From positions 32,001-96,000 of the forward strand of contig CAZQQT010000006.1 of assembly GCA_964595645.1 (NCBI GenBank): DNA of 64,000 bases, read 5' to 3'. A program made the translations under genes and the position numbers. The DNA is from an uncultured Thermococci archaeon. Lineage in GTDB: Archaea > Methanobacteriota_B > Thermococci > Methanofastidiosales > B48-G16. The notes under the pieces are model-generated. The model saw only the letters and a list, made by a program, of their open reading frames with translations, was not told the DNA's origin and did no database searches. Positions 41,536-50,598 of the stretch are shown piece after piece; within the stretch, counting starts at the first letter, position 1; the number at the start of each line of letters is the position of its first letter.

Positions 41536-41636
41536 GAAAAAATCAAAAGGCTATAGAATTGTTAAGTTTACTTAGAATTACTATTACGTAACCAAAATGT
41601 CTTCTCCACTCCTGCATTAACTCACATTAAATATCG

Positions 41637-41659
41637 TAACGTTTTACAAGAAAACGTTA
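41637..41659. repeat. Inverted repeat upstream of the small recombinase
   Basis: TAACGTTTT-ACAAG-AAAACGTTA; third half-site at 41722-41730 overlapping the TATA box. Confidence 0.65.
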
Positions 41660-41755
41660 GGATTTTCTTCTCACCCCCGGGTAGATCCCCCACTACACAA
41701 AAGAATTTTCGGGAATTATCATAACGTTTTTATAGAACATTAGCCTAATACAATC

Positions 41756-42325
41756 ATGAAAAAACCGATCCTCAAGGAAGACGTGCGGATCCTCCGACCC
41801 TCAGAGTACGATCAGCTCCGGGACGCGATCCCCAAAATGCACCACCAGATCTTTCTCGATACCCTGCTCTACAGTGGGATGCGGTACATCGAAGTGCAGC
41901 GGTTCCAGGACCATCCAGAGTGGTACGAGAAAGAGACCAGGACGATCCACATCCCCAAGGAAGGAGGGAAAAAGAAAAAGCGGACCATGAAGGATCGGTA
42001 CGTGCACCTCAACCAATCGGGATCGAATACCGTCTCCCTTTTCTTTAAACTGGACCAGGATCTCCCAGCACGGGCCACGTGGTACCAGGATCTCCAACGG
42101 TGGGGCGAGTATACCCGGATGGATACGAATGGGCTCTGTGCGAAAATGACCAGGAAAACGTGGGAATCGTGGCTCCTCACAGCCTACCCCAAGGCCACCA
42201 TCCAGGTCTGCATGTCCATGGGACATACCAAGCTTACCGCGATGGAACACTACCTGAATTTACCGTTTACTGACAGCGAACGTAAGGAGATCATCGAGAG
42301 AGTTGCAGGATGGGGAGGACTGTAA
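41756..42325 (+). CDS. Minimal tyrosine recombinase (catalytic domain only)
   Basis: YSGMRYIE, KMTRKTW, MGHT, HY (R..K..R..H..Y). Confidence 0.8.
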   Translation: MKKPILKEDVRILRPSEYDQLRDAIPKMHHQIFLDTLLYSGMRYIEVQRFQDHPEWYEKETRTIHIPKEGGKKKKRTMKDRYVHLNQSGSNTVSLFFKLDQDLPARATWYQDLQRWGEYTRMDTNGLCAKMTRKTWESWLLTAYPKATIQVCMSMGHTKLTAMEHYLNLPFTDSERKEIIERVAGWGGL

Positions 42326-42350
42326 CATGAAGATTCTGAGATGAGAGTAG

Positions 42351-43115
42351 ATGTTAGAGGAATGTATAAGCAAGGAGAGAGCGGAAGATCTTAGGAAACA
42401 GCATTCTGAATTATTAAAAGATATAAGAGATAAGGGAATGGAGGTGTTAAAGTCAATAAAAGAAGGAGAGAGGGATGAAGACGACTGGATAATTGTGGCG
42501 GAAGAATTGAGGAAAAAACTAATCGAATTCTATTCCCGGGTTATCAACGAGATCCCCGAACTTAAAACAAAAGGAGACAAGATAGATTTCCTTAAAAAGC
42601 TCTTTTCCCCAGCAGATCAGAGATCGCCCTGGGGAATAGATATAGAATATGCAATGTGTAAGGCTATCGGTTGTAGTTGGGGATATTTCAGGCGTAGAAA
42701 TGGAGAAGTAACCTCAAAGCGAAGGAAAAAAGTATTCAAACGTGATAAAAACAAGTGCGTTCGTTGCGGATCCAAAAAAAATCTTGCGGTTCATCATATT
42801 ATTCCTGTTCGCTCCTCGAAAGAAGGCGGTACAGAGGAAATAGACAATCTTGTCACGTTATGTAAAAAGTGTCATTTGGAGATGCACGGAGGGGACTATG
42901 GAGGAGATGTTCCCTATCGTGACACGGATGATTTTTGGGTACGCATTATTCAGGATAGCATGGAGTGTGTGGGTAAAAGGATAGCAAAAAGACTTTATCA
43001 GCATTTTGGGGACATAGAATCTATTAAAAAAGCTAGCACAAATGATTTAAAAGGAATTAAGGGAGTGTCAGAAAAAAGAGCTAGATTGATACATAGACAA
43101 CGAGAAAAACTATAG
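42351..43115 (+). CDS. HNH endonuclease with C-terminal helix-hairpin-helix domain
   Basis: CVRC...VHHIIP...GG...NLVTLCKKCH; VGKRIAKRLYQHFG...IKGVSEKRA. Confidence 0.82.
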   Translation: MLEECISKERAEDLRKQHSELLKDIRDKGMEVLKSIKEGERDEDDWIIVAEELRKKLIEFYSRVINEIPELKTKGDKIDFLKKLFSPADQRSPWGIDIEYAMCKAIGCSWGYFRRRNGEVTSKRRKKVFKRDKNKCVRCGSKKNLAVHHIIPVRSSKEGGTEEIDNLVTLCKKCHLEMHGGDYGGDVPYRDTDDFWVRIIQDSMECVGKRIAKRLYQHFGDIESIKKASTNDLKGIKGVSEKRARLIHRQREKL

Positions 43116-43303
43116 CAATGCAGATATGTCATGCGAAGGTAGATTTTCAGAACGTCGAGGTGAGAAGACAAGAATCAACAACTATCAGAAAAAAGACAAT
43201 AGAACTCTATAAAGAGCTTGGGAGTATCAGTGCGATGCATAGAAAGATGAAGGGGATAAGTTACGGATCAGTGTATGGAATTATTAGGGGTTAGGAAAAG
43301 AGT

Positions 43304-44043
43304 TCAATCTCTTAGCAGAAATCCTATCTCATGTTCCAACATTTCTTCATTAAATTCTTCTTCATTAAAGAATTTTTTATAAATATTTTTTAAATTATGA
43401 AAAAACTTGTTTATTTCTACTATATCATTTATAATTGATTGAGAAGCCTCAGATTTAATATTGCTATCTTCCTCTTTGTATATATCGAGCAATATGTCAT
43501 ATTCAGATCCTATATTCTTTAATTTCGTATAAATTTGAATAAAAATTTTTGTTTCATTTTCTCCTAATGCCTCAAAATGCTCCATAAACTTTTTGTAAGC
43601 CGTATCTTCAGGAACTTTTACTTTTGCTCTATGTTTAAACAATTTTTGCAAATCGGTATCTCCAGGAAGAATCCCTCGTGGCCTTAGAGGATATTGGTCT
43701 ATGATCTCCCCTCTTTGTTCTGCTTTCTGACGAAAATATTCCTCATTTTCTCTTCTTCTTTCTTCCTCAATGTCTTTCTCAACACTTATTATGTAAGTAT
43801 AGGCGTATTCTCTTATACGAAGAAGAGTTTTAATATTTATATTTATTTCTTCGATAATTATTCTCCTTATTGCCATTTTCTTGTTCTTTAATCTTTTTTC
43901 TTCTCTTCTTATTCTATTTTTTTATTTTTTTCAATTTTTTCTGTATCTTTTCTGGATTTTCTTGATTCCAAAACTATGAACAAAGTAAATACTACATATA
44001 CTGCAGTAACAGTAATTGATATCCACTGAGGATTTAAACTCAT
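43304..44043 (-). pseudogene. Membrane-anchored hypothetical gene, apparently frameshifted in an A-rich tract
   Basis: ATG at 44043 gives MSLNPQWISITVTAVYVVFTLFIV (TM) ending near 43915; the 190-aa ORF follows. Confidence 0.55.
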
Positions 44044-44189
44044 ACTTAATAGTTCAATTTCTTGATATAAAAATGCCTTCTATCAAAAAAAGAACTCCTC
44101 AAAATCCACTTCATATTACTGAAAAACAACCTATCAATGATCAGACGTTTTTGGTTCGGTATTAGAATCTTTAAGCAAATTTAATATTC

Positions 44190-45272
44190 TCACTGAAGCT
44201 TGTTTTTTAAACCAGACCATAACAAAAACACTAAAAAAAGAAACGCAAGGAAACGAATCCAACGGAGACTAGTACAAAAAATTGTTGTGGGCTCTGTGGG
44301 GTCTTGCTCCACAAAATATAATATGCTTGTGTCGAGAATGATAATTAGAACTGTTAAAATTGAAACATATTTTAGATGCTTTTTTATATATTCTCCAATT
44401 TTCATTGAAATTGATTTTATATCTCTTTTTATAAAATACCAAAATAGAAACTTTGGCTCTTTTTTATTTTTTGTTTGTCGATACCCTAAAAAGAGACATA
44501 CTGAGTACACCACAAGGCAGATACCAGGAACAATAAATAGAATATACAATACATTTTTCTCAAGAGTTGTAGCTTCTAAGGATTTTATATGCACCAAATA
44601 TCCAGCACCCAAAAAAAGGGACCCTACAAAGAGAAATACAGCAGAAAGATAAAAATTTGATGTGATGTTGCGAATTCTTTTTTTTGACAGTGCGTGTGAA
44701 CAATCCTCTTCATTATAGATTTCTTCTTCGATTCCTTTCTTAGAATAAGTATATTCTATAAGCAAATTCTTATATTTGGATGTTTTTAGTAAACTATTTG
44801 CAAAGGTTTTATTGAGAAATTTAGGTACTACGAGAATTATAAAAAACCAAAGAGGGGCAAATAGGGCAAATAAGTCTTTTTTTGGAATATCTTCTAGAGC
44901 AGTTAGTAAAAAAGTGGAGCCGAATAAGAAGATAAAAGATATCACGCCGGTGAAAACTCCATGAACTGAGATGTACCTCCACATGTTATCCTCAAAAATA
45001 ACTGCATAAAATCTCATGATCGTAAATAATACTACAATCACAGTGGAAGTCATAATAAGAAATTTTATTGTGTTTCGAAAATCTTCTCCTTGGTTAGATT
45101 CTACGGTAGCATTAACATCTATCTTATCTTCCTTTTTAACATTATATTGGGATGAAGGGAGATAAATAAATGACAATAGAAGAATTAAAAGCGAAAGTAG
45201 AGCTGTAAAATATATTAGATCTTCATGTCGCAAATCTCTATTTCGTCTTTCTTCCTCTCCTTCACTTCTCAT
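44190..45272 (-). CDS. Hypothetical multi-pass membrane protein
   Basis: About 8 hydrophobic segments; very AT-rich. Confidence 0.7.
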   Translation of the reverse strand: MRSEGEEERRNRDLRHEDLIYFTALLSLLILLLSFIYLPSSQYNVKKEDKIDVNATVESNQGEDFRNTIKFLIMTSTVIVVLFTIMRFYAVIFEDNMWRYISVHGVFTGVISFIFLFGSTFLLTALEDIPKKDLFALFAPLWFFIILVVPKFLNKTFANSLLKTSKYKNLLIEYTYSKKGIEEEIYNEEDCSHALSKKRIRNITSNFYLSAVFLFVGSLFLGAGYLVHIKSLEATTLEKNVLYILFIVPGICLVVYSVCLFLGYRQTKNKKEPKFLFWYFIKRDIKSISMKIGEYIKKHLKYVSILTVLIIILDTSILYFVEQDPTEPTTIFCTSLRWIRFLAFLFLVFLLWSGLKNKLQ

Positions 45273-45576
45273 TAGAATATTGTTCCCTTTTTTATATAAA
45301 AACTTTATCACCAAAATGCCTCTAAACAAAGATAAAATTCTTTAAATTTTATAAATCAAGCACGAATTCTAATCTTTATTTGTCCAAAGACTTCTTTATA
45401 GATTTTTTTATTCCCGACCCATATTAATCCTTATACGAAGAAAATATTCCACATAACGTATGTATGGGGTATCACGGAGATGAGAATTTCCATGATTTTA
45501 AGATATTTTAGGAATAGGTGTTATGCTTAAAATAAATGAGACAATCTAAAGTAGATTTTTGGTGATTTTCGCATGT

Positions 45577-46287
45577 TTAACTTGAGTATTCTTTTTTATA
45601 AAGCTCAAGTAGTTTGTTTTTCATGTTACAAGATTCTTTTATTTGTTCGAAAAAAATTTCCTTTACTCTCCTATACATCCATTTATAAAATTCCGTAATT
45701 AGCTCGTGATATTCGCTTATAGCTACTTTGAGATCAATCTCTCTTTCATGTTTCTCGATATATTTTTTCGAATGGGATTTCCACCCGTTCCATCTTAATA
45801 AATCCTGTTTATCCAAAGTGATCTTTTTTTGCATTGGAGAATTTCCGTTTTTAAAGAAAAGAGTTGCTTGTGCGATAGGTAGTTGATAATGGAGTGTGTA
45901 ATTTCTTAAATCTCTTAAAAATTCTCCTTTTTCTTTAATTTTCCTTTTTTTTATTTCTTTTTTATATTCCCTTTTAAATTGAGAGTTATTTAAATGCTTA
46001 GAGAAATTGCGAGTATGATCGATTAAAGATTTAACACTTGCTAAATAATTATGAAGAAACCTCAAAAACTCTCTTAAGAAGAATTGACGTTTTTTTCTAT
46101 TCTCATTGTGCCATATAGTTGGATCATCTTCATAAAATTTTATAGCTTCGGAGATTTCTTTATAATTCCTGTTTAATGTATAGTGTGAAATAGCCAAATG
46201 TTTTGTCATGTTAATGATTTTAGTTCCCCTCATGTCTTCCCATTGATCGTATAGTTCATTGAATTTTTTCCTTCCCGATTCGTTCAT
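45577..46287 (-). CDS. HEPN-like protein
   Basis: LHNYLASVKSLIDH and LRNYTLH (RxxxxH) in a helical protein. Confidence 0.65.
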   Translation of the reverse strand: MNESGRKKFNELYDQWEDMRGTKIINMTKHLAISHYTLNRNYKEISEAIKFYEDDPTIWHNENRKKRQFFLREFLRFLHNYLASVKSLIDHTRNFSKHLNNSQFKREYKKEIKKRKIKEKGEFLRDLRNYTLHYQLPIAQATLFFKNGNSPMQKKITLDKQDLLRWNGWKSHSKKYIEKHEREIDLKVAISEYHELITEFYKWMYRRVKEIFFEQIKESCNMKNKLLELYKKEYSS

Positions 46288-46810
46288 TTAATAACATTTA
46301 GAGTTAATAATTATAAACATTTTTGGTGATTTTCGTAAATTGTTTACATTTTGAAAAAAAGAGTATTTCCGATTGATAGGATGAGTGATGAGGATAAAGA
46401 CGAAAGGGTGAGATCTAAACATGGACGACATGGATACCACTTTTTTTTATTGTAATTTTTGCGTTAATAATCTCCATACTAAATTTAATTATACGTTTTT
46501 TGATTTTTGGGGGGGTAGGTCTAAAATAGAAATTAAGATGGTGTCCAAGAAGTTTGTAGGTCGCAATCTTCCTCCGAGAGGAGAAAAAATTTTAAAGGTA
46601 ACAGCAGTAAACAAAAGGAGAAGACCTGTTATTCTTTCTAAATTTGGAATAGAACACAAAGAAAGAGGGATACCTTTGGAAACAATTTACAATAAGAATA
46701 ACGGGCCGATAAAGGAAAGCGTGAAGAAGAACGCTCCAAAAGCAAAAGTAGTAGAAGTGGAGTAACCCTCCATTCCATTTTTTATTTTCCTTTGAAACAT
46801 TCCTTTCTCA

Positions 46811-47035
46811 TTATTCTTTTCTCACGAGCATCTCTTTCCCCTCGATATCTGTCCGCAGGACACCGATCCGTTTTCCGATATATTGCTCAACGTCAAGGGA
46901 GATAGGAGATCGCACGTAATGGTCATCGAACTCTAAGAGTGTCAGATCGTCCTCGGTGATCACTGCTCTCAACGTACCGACGTACTCATGCCAGTACCGC
47001 AACACAAGTATTTCTTTCATGGGAGATATAGGCAT
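46811..47035 (-). CDS. Small hypothetical protein
   Basis: Compact beta-rich ORF with backbone-like GC content. Confidence 0.55.
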   Translation of the reverse strand: MPISPMKEILVLRYWHEYVGTLRAVITEDDLTLLEFDDHYVRSPISLDVEQYIGKRIGVLRTDIEGKEMLVRKE

Positions 47036-47810
47036 TTGTAGTTAAAAGGGTATCCATGGAACATTCTATATCGCTGACGTTACCACACCACTAACCAGTA
47101 TACTGTAGTGGAGAAGAAAAGATATAGTTATGTCGTATAGTTTTAAATATAGTATTGAATAGATAGAGAGTGAAGATTATAACTGTTTTTTTCAAGTTGG
47201 GAAAAGATATTTATAGAATGAAAAGCATGTATTTTTGGTATGAAAGTGAAGAAGAGCATACGAGAAGCCTCGACAGAACTTCTCAAAAAGTAAAAAACTA
47301 TTTACCTAAAATAGAAGAGGAAGATTCTAATTATTTATTTGATATTGACATAGGGAGCAAAGATTATCCTCAACGGAGGGGAAAAGAAAATTTTGGTCAC
47401 AGACAGGGGCGTTACGAGCAGTACTGGATCTTACTAATGATAGATTTTACGAAAGATCTCTTTCGGAAAATCTAAGAAAAATAATAGATAAATGGAGGAG
47501 AATCATTAAAAGAGAGGATGTTGATTGATATCAAAAAATGCTCGTTTATCGAGATCGTTTTGTCAATGAAGAAAATTTTTTAAAAACTTAGCAGTTACAC
47601 ATAATATGAAATATTCTATAAAATGAAACGACTCAAAAGATGATAATTTTCATTATTTGAGTAGAATCGTACTGAAATTATAAAGGGGAAGGGTCTGCCT
47701 CCTTACCCTTTCCCATCTTCGTCTAATTAGTAGATAAAATCCGAAAGTTTATAGGGAACTGGGCCGATAAATTTAAATATTTTTTAATAAAAACGTCGTT
47801 GGCTACCCAA

Positions 47811-48038
47811 ATGATAGAAAAACCGTTTGATACGATCCACCGATCGCTGGGGGAACCAGTGATGATAACGTTAAAAAATGGAAGAGTGTTTAAGGGAACA
47901 CTAACGGGGTACGACACCCATATGAACCTCGTGCTCACCAAAGTAGAAGAGGTTGAGCATGGAGAAGTAGTACGGGAGGTAAGCTATCTCGTGATTCGGG
48001 GTGGCTGGGTGCTCTTCCTCTCCCCCAGCATAACGTGA
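47811..48038 (+). CDS. Sm-like archaeal protein (Lsm/SmAP)
   Basis: Sm1 VMITLKNGRVFKGTLTGYDTHMNLVL, Sm2 LVIRGGWV; upstream CGATAAATTTAAATA promoter. Confidence 0.9.
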   Translation: MIEKPFDTIHRSLGEPVMITLKNGRVFKGTLTGYDTHMNLVLTKVEEVEHGEVVREVSYLVIRGGWVLFLSPSIT

Positions 48039-48367
48039 GGATATAAGATCACCAATAACACTCGTTCTTTTGCTGCCAGGGCGCATGATTGCATAATTCG
48101 TTCTGACGATCCATTCCTCTATAGCCTTGTTCATAACTTCTGTTCTCGGTGGTTAATGCAACACAGCAGTTAGGATCGGAATCTTTATATATTCGAGTAC
48201 TAAAGAGTAGTATTCGGAGGTAGATCTTCATCTAACTACGGAAGTATCGATCCTATTGAAAGGACTCTGGAGGCTGGATCCCTGCGAGATATTAAGGCAG
48301 GAGACGAAAAGTTCATGTTTCTCAGATAGAACTTTCTTTGTGGTTCGATAATTGAAGGTAATTGTAT

Positions 48368-49735
48368 ATGCAGGTACTGATTCTAGCTGCTGGCGAGGGA
48401 TTTAGATTAAGTAAAATAGCTGGTGAATCTCCCAAATCTCTCCTCTGCGTAGCAGGCGTCCCGATAATAGAACGTATATTGAGGTCAATTAGGGAGTTGG
48501 AGATAGACAAAATTCACATCGTTCTGGGATATAATGGAGATAAAATAATTGAGAGGATTGGGAATAGTTATGAGGGGGTACACATCCAGTATATTGAAAA
48601 TCCAGAATGGAAGAAGGGAAATCTATACTCACTATTCGTTGCAAAAGAATTCCTGAAGGAAAATTTTTTACTTCTGATGTCCGATCACTTGTTTGATCCT
48701 CGCATAGTAAGACACATTACAGAACAAAAGATAGGAAGTGATGCGGTGATCCTGGCTGTTGATAAGTGCAAGGCTAAGCATGAGGATGGCAAGGTCCTGG
48801 TGGGGAACGGAAAGATCCAAGACATTGGCAAGGATTTAAAGGACTACAATTGTGTGGATACTGGGATATTTCTATGCTCTCCAAAAATATTCCACTACGC
48901 GGAAAAGGCACTGAGAAATGGTAGTAGTGAGCTTGCTGAGGGAATTAAATACGCTGCAGAGGAGGGGCAAGCAAGAACGTTTGGCATAAACTTAATACCC
49001 TTACACCTTCCGAAAATGCGTAAGGATGTAAAGCCATACTGGATCGATATAGACACACCAAAAAACCTCACGAAGGCCAAAGAGATTATAGTTGAAAGCT
49101 CAGCAAAGGAAGCCTCTGACCTATTGGCTCATTACTTTCACCGACCTATAGAAAACAGCATTGTAGGTCATCTCTCGGATACAAGGATCACGCCAAACCA
49201 AGTGACTATTCTAGTGAATATAGTCGCTTACACTGTAACTGCCTTGTTCTTCTTTGGACACTTACTAATGGCCTCGATACTAACATTTGTCGTGGGGATT
49301 ATGGATGGTCTTGACGGCAAGCTTGCGAGAGTCAAGGGGAAATCCACCAAACTCGGTACCTTGGAACACCCCTTCGACCTGCTCTATGAGTTCTTTTGGA
49401 TCGCCAGTCTGGGACTGTTCCTATCCAACACTCTGCAGAGTACAACACCAGCCACCTTGGCAATACTCTCCATAATCGTCATAGCATTCTATCGTCAGGT
49501 TTATGATCGATTTGGAAGGACAATGGGGAAAAGCCTGGATGTTTATGGAGAGTTCGAGCGAAAATTCCGGAGGATCGCTGGGAGGAGGAATCTCTACAAC
49601 ATCCATATCTTAGCGTGGATTCTTGTTGGTGCACCTCTCTACTCGTTGGTAACGATCCTACTCCACTCCGTAGTCACCTCATTTGTGTACACCATTCGCG
49701 CCGCGATTCACATGCACAAAGCCGAGAAGAAATAA
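48368..49735 (+). CDS. Bifunctional NTP-transferase/CDP-alcohol phosphotransferase (IPCT/DIPPS-like)
   Basis: ILAAGEGFRL..PK, MSDH, DTGIF, WIDIDT; TPNQVT, DGLDGKLAR...G...D. Confidence 0.85.
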   Translation: MQVLILAAGEGFRLSKIAGESPKSLLCVAGVPIIERILRSIRELEIDKIHIVLGYNGDKIIERIGNSYEGVHIQYIENPEWKKGNLYSLFVAKEFLKENFLLLMSDHLFDPRIVRHITEQKIGSDAVILAVDKCKAKHEDGKVLVGNGKIQDIGKDLKDYNCVDTGIFLCSPKIFHYAEKALRNGSSELAEGIKYAAEEGQARTFGINLIPLHLPKMRKDVKPYWIDIDTPKNLTKAKEIIVESSAKEASDLLAHYFHRPIENSIVGHLSDTRITPNQVTILVNIVAYTVTALFFFGHLLMASILTFVVGIMDGLDGKLARVKGKSTKLGTLEHPFDLLYEFFWIASLGLFLSNTLQSTTPATLAILSIIVIAFYRQVYDRFGRTMGKSLDVYGEFERKFRRIAGRRNLYNIHILAWILVGAPLYSLVTILLHSVVTSFVYTIRAAIHMHKAEKK

Positions 49736-50337
49736 ATTCTCTCCAATGTGACATACGTAAAACTCAATACAGGAAGAGGACCTCATTCTTAATCCCAAGG
49801 AGAAGAAGGAAGAGTTACCCTTAATAAACCCTCACAATCCTTGGTTGTGTCCATAACAGCCCTACCTGTGTAGGTTTCTGTTTTCAGTGATTAATGCGAC
49901 ACATTGCTTTCGCTGCAGTTCGGTTTCAACGGCGGGACTCTTACGCTTTAGATTTTAATACTGCGTGCACGAATAGTCGCATGTCTTGTACCCTGAGAAG
50001 CCGTGAGGCGTTGAACATAGGGCGATCACTTACGGGTGAGAGAATACAATCCTGGAGTGTAGAGCCAAAGGATAAGGTGGTGATCGAAAGCTTTATTAAG
50101 AATTATATCTATAAAAACATACAGATAGGGGATATTTTCTGAAACAACAAGAGGAGATATCTGTAAGAAGTGAACGGAGGGTAAGTATGCGGGGGACGGG
50201 AACTGCACACATCATTATTTACACAGAGCGTAAGTGAATAGTATCATAAAATCCTGATAATTATCACAATTCGAACAAAGAAAAAAGAATACGTGTTATA
50301 CCACTCACGAGACACGATCGATCAGAAATCACAGTAA

Positions 50338-50598
50338 TTACCGCGATTTTCCACCGGAGAGACGATCCTCGTCAAGGATCCGATCCTTGAGTTCGGGCGT
50401 GAAGAGGGGGGTGGACGTCACGAACTTCGGAGAGAGCTCCGATACCTTAGGGCTCCGCCCCATGCGGTAGACGTAGAGTGGACATTGATGGAGATGACAA
50501 CGGCGGACCTCCCCCGGCGATCCGTTCGAACAGTCCAGACAGTACCGCCGGATCGCCTTCAACGGGGTCGTCCGGATCCACGATGCTTCGATTCTCAT
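50338..50598 (-). CDS. Small Cys-rich (Zn-finger) mobile-element protein
   Basis: KAIRRYCLDC...C...CPLYVYRMG; overlaps the upstream stop (ATGA). Confidence 0.75.
   Translation of the reverse strand: MRIEASWIRTTPLKAIRRYCLDCSNGSPGEVRRCHLHQCPLYVYRMGRSPKVSELSPKFVTSTPLFTPELKDRILDEDRLSGGKSR

Noticed and set aside
49990-50016. CTGAGAAG...GAA as a hammerhead ribozyme core
   Set aside because: Does not fit CUGAnGA/GAAA with three flanking stems
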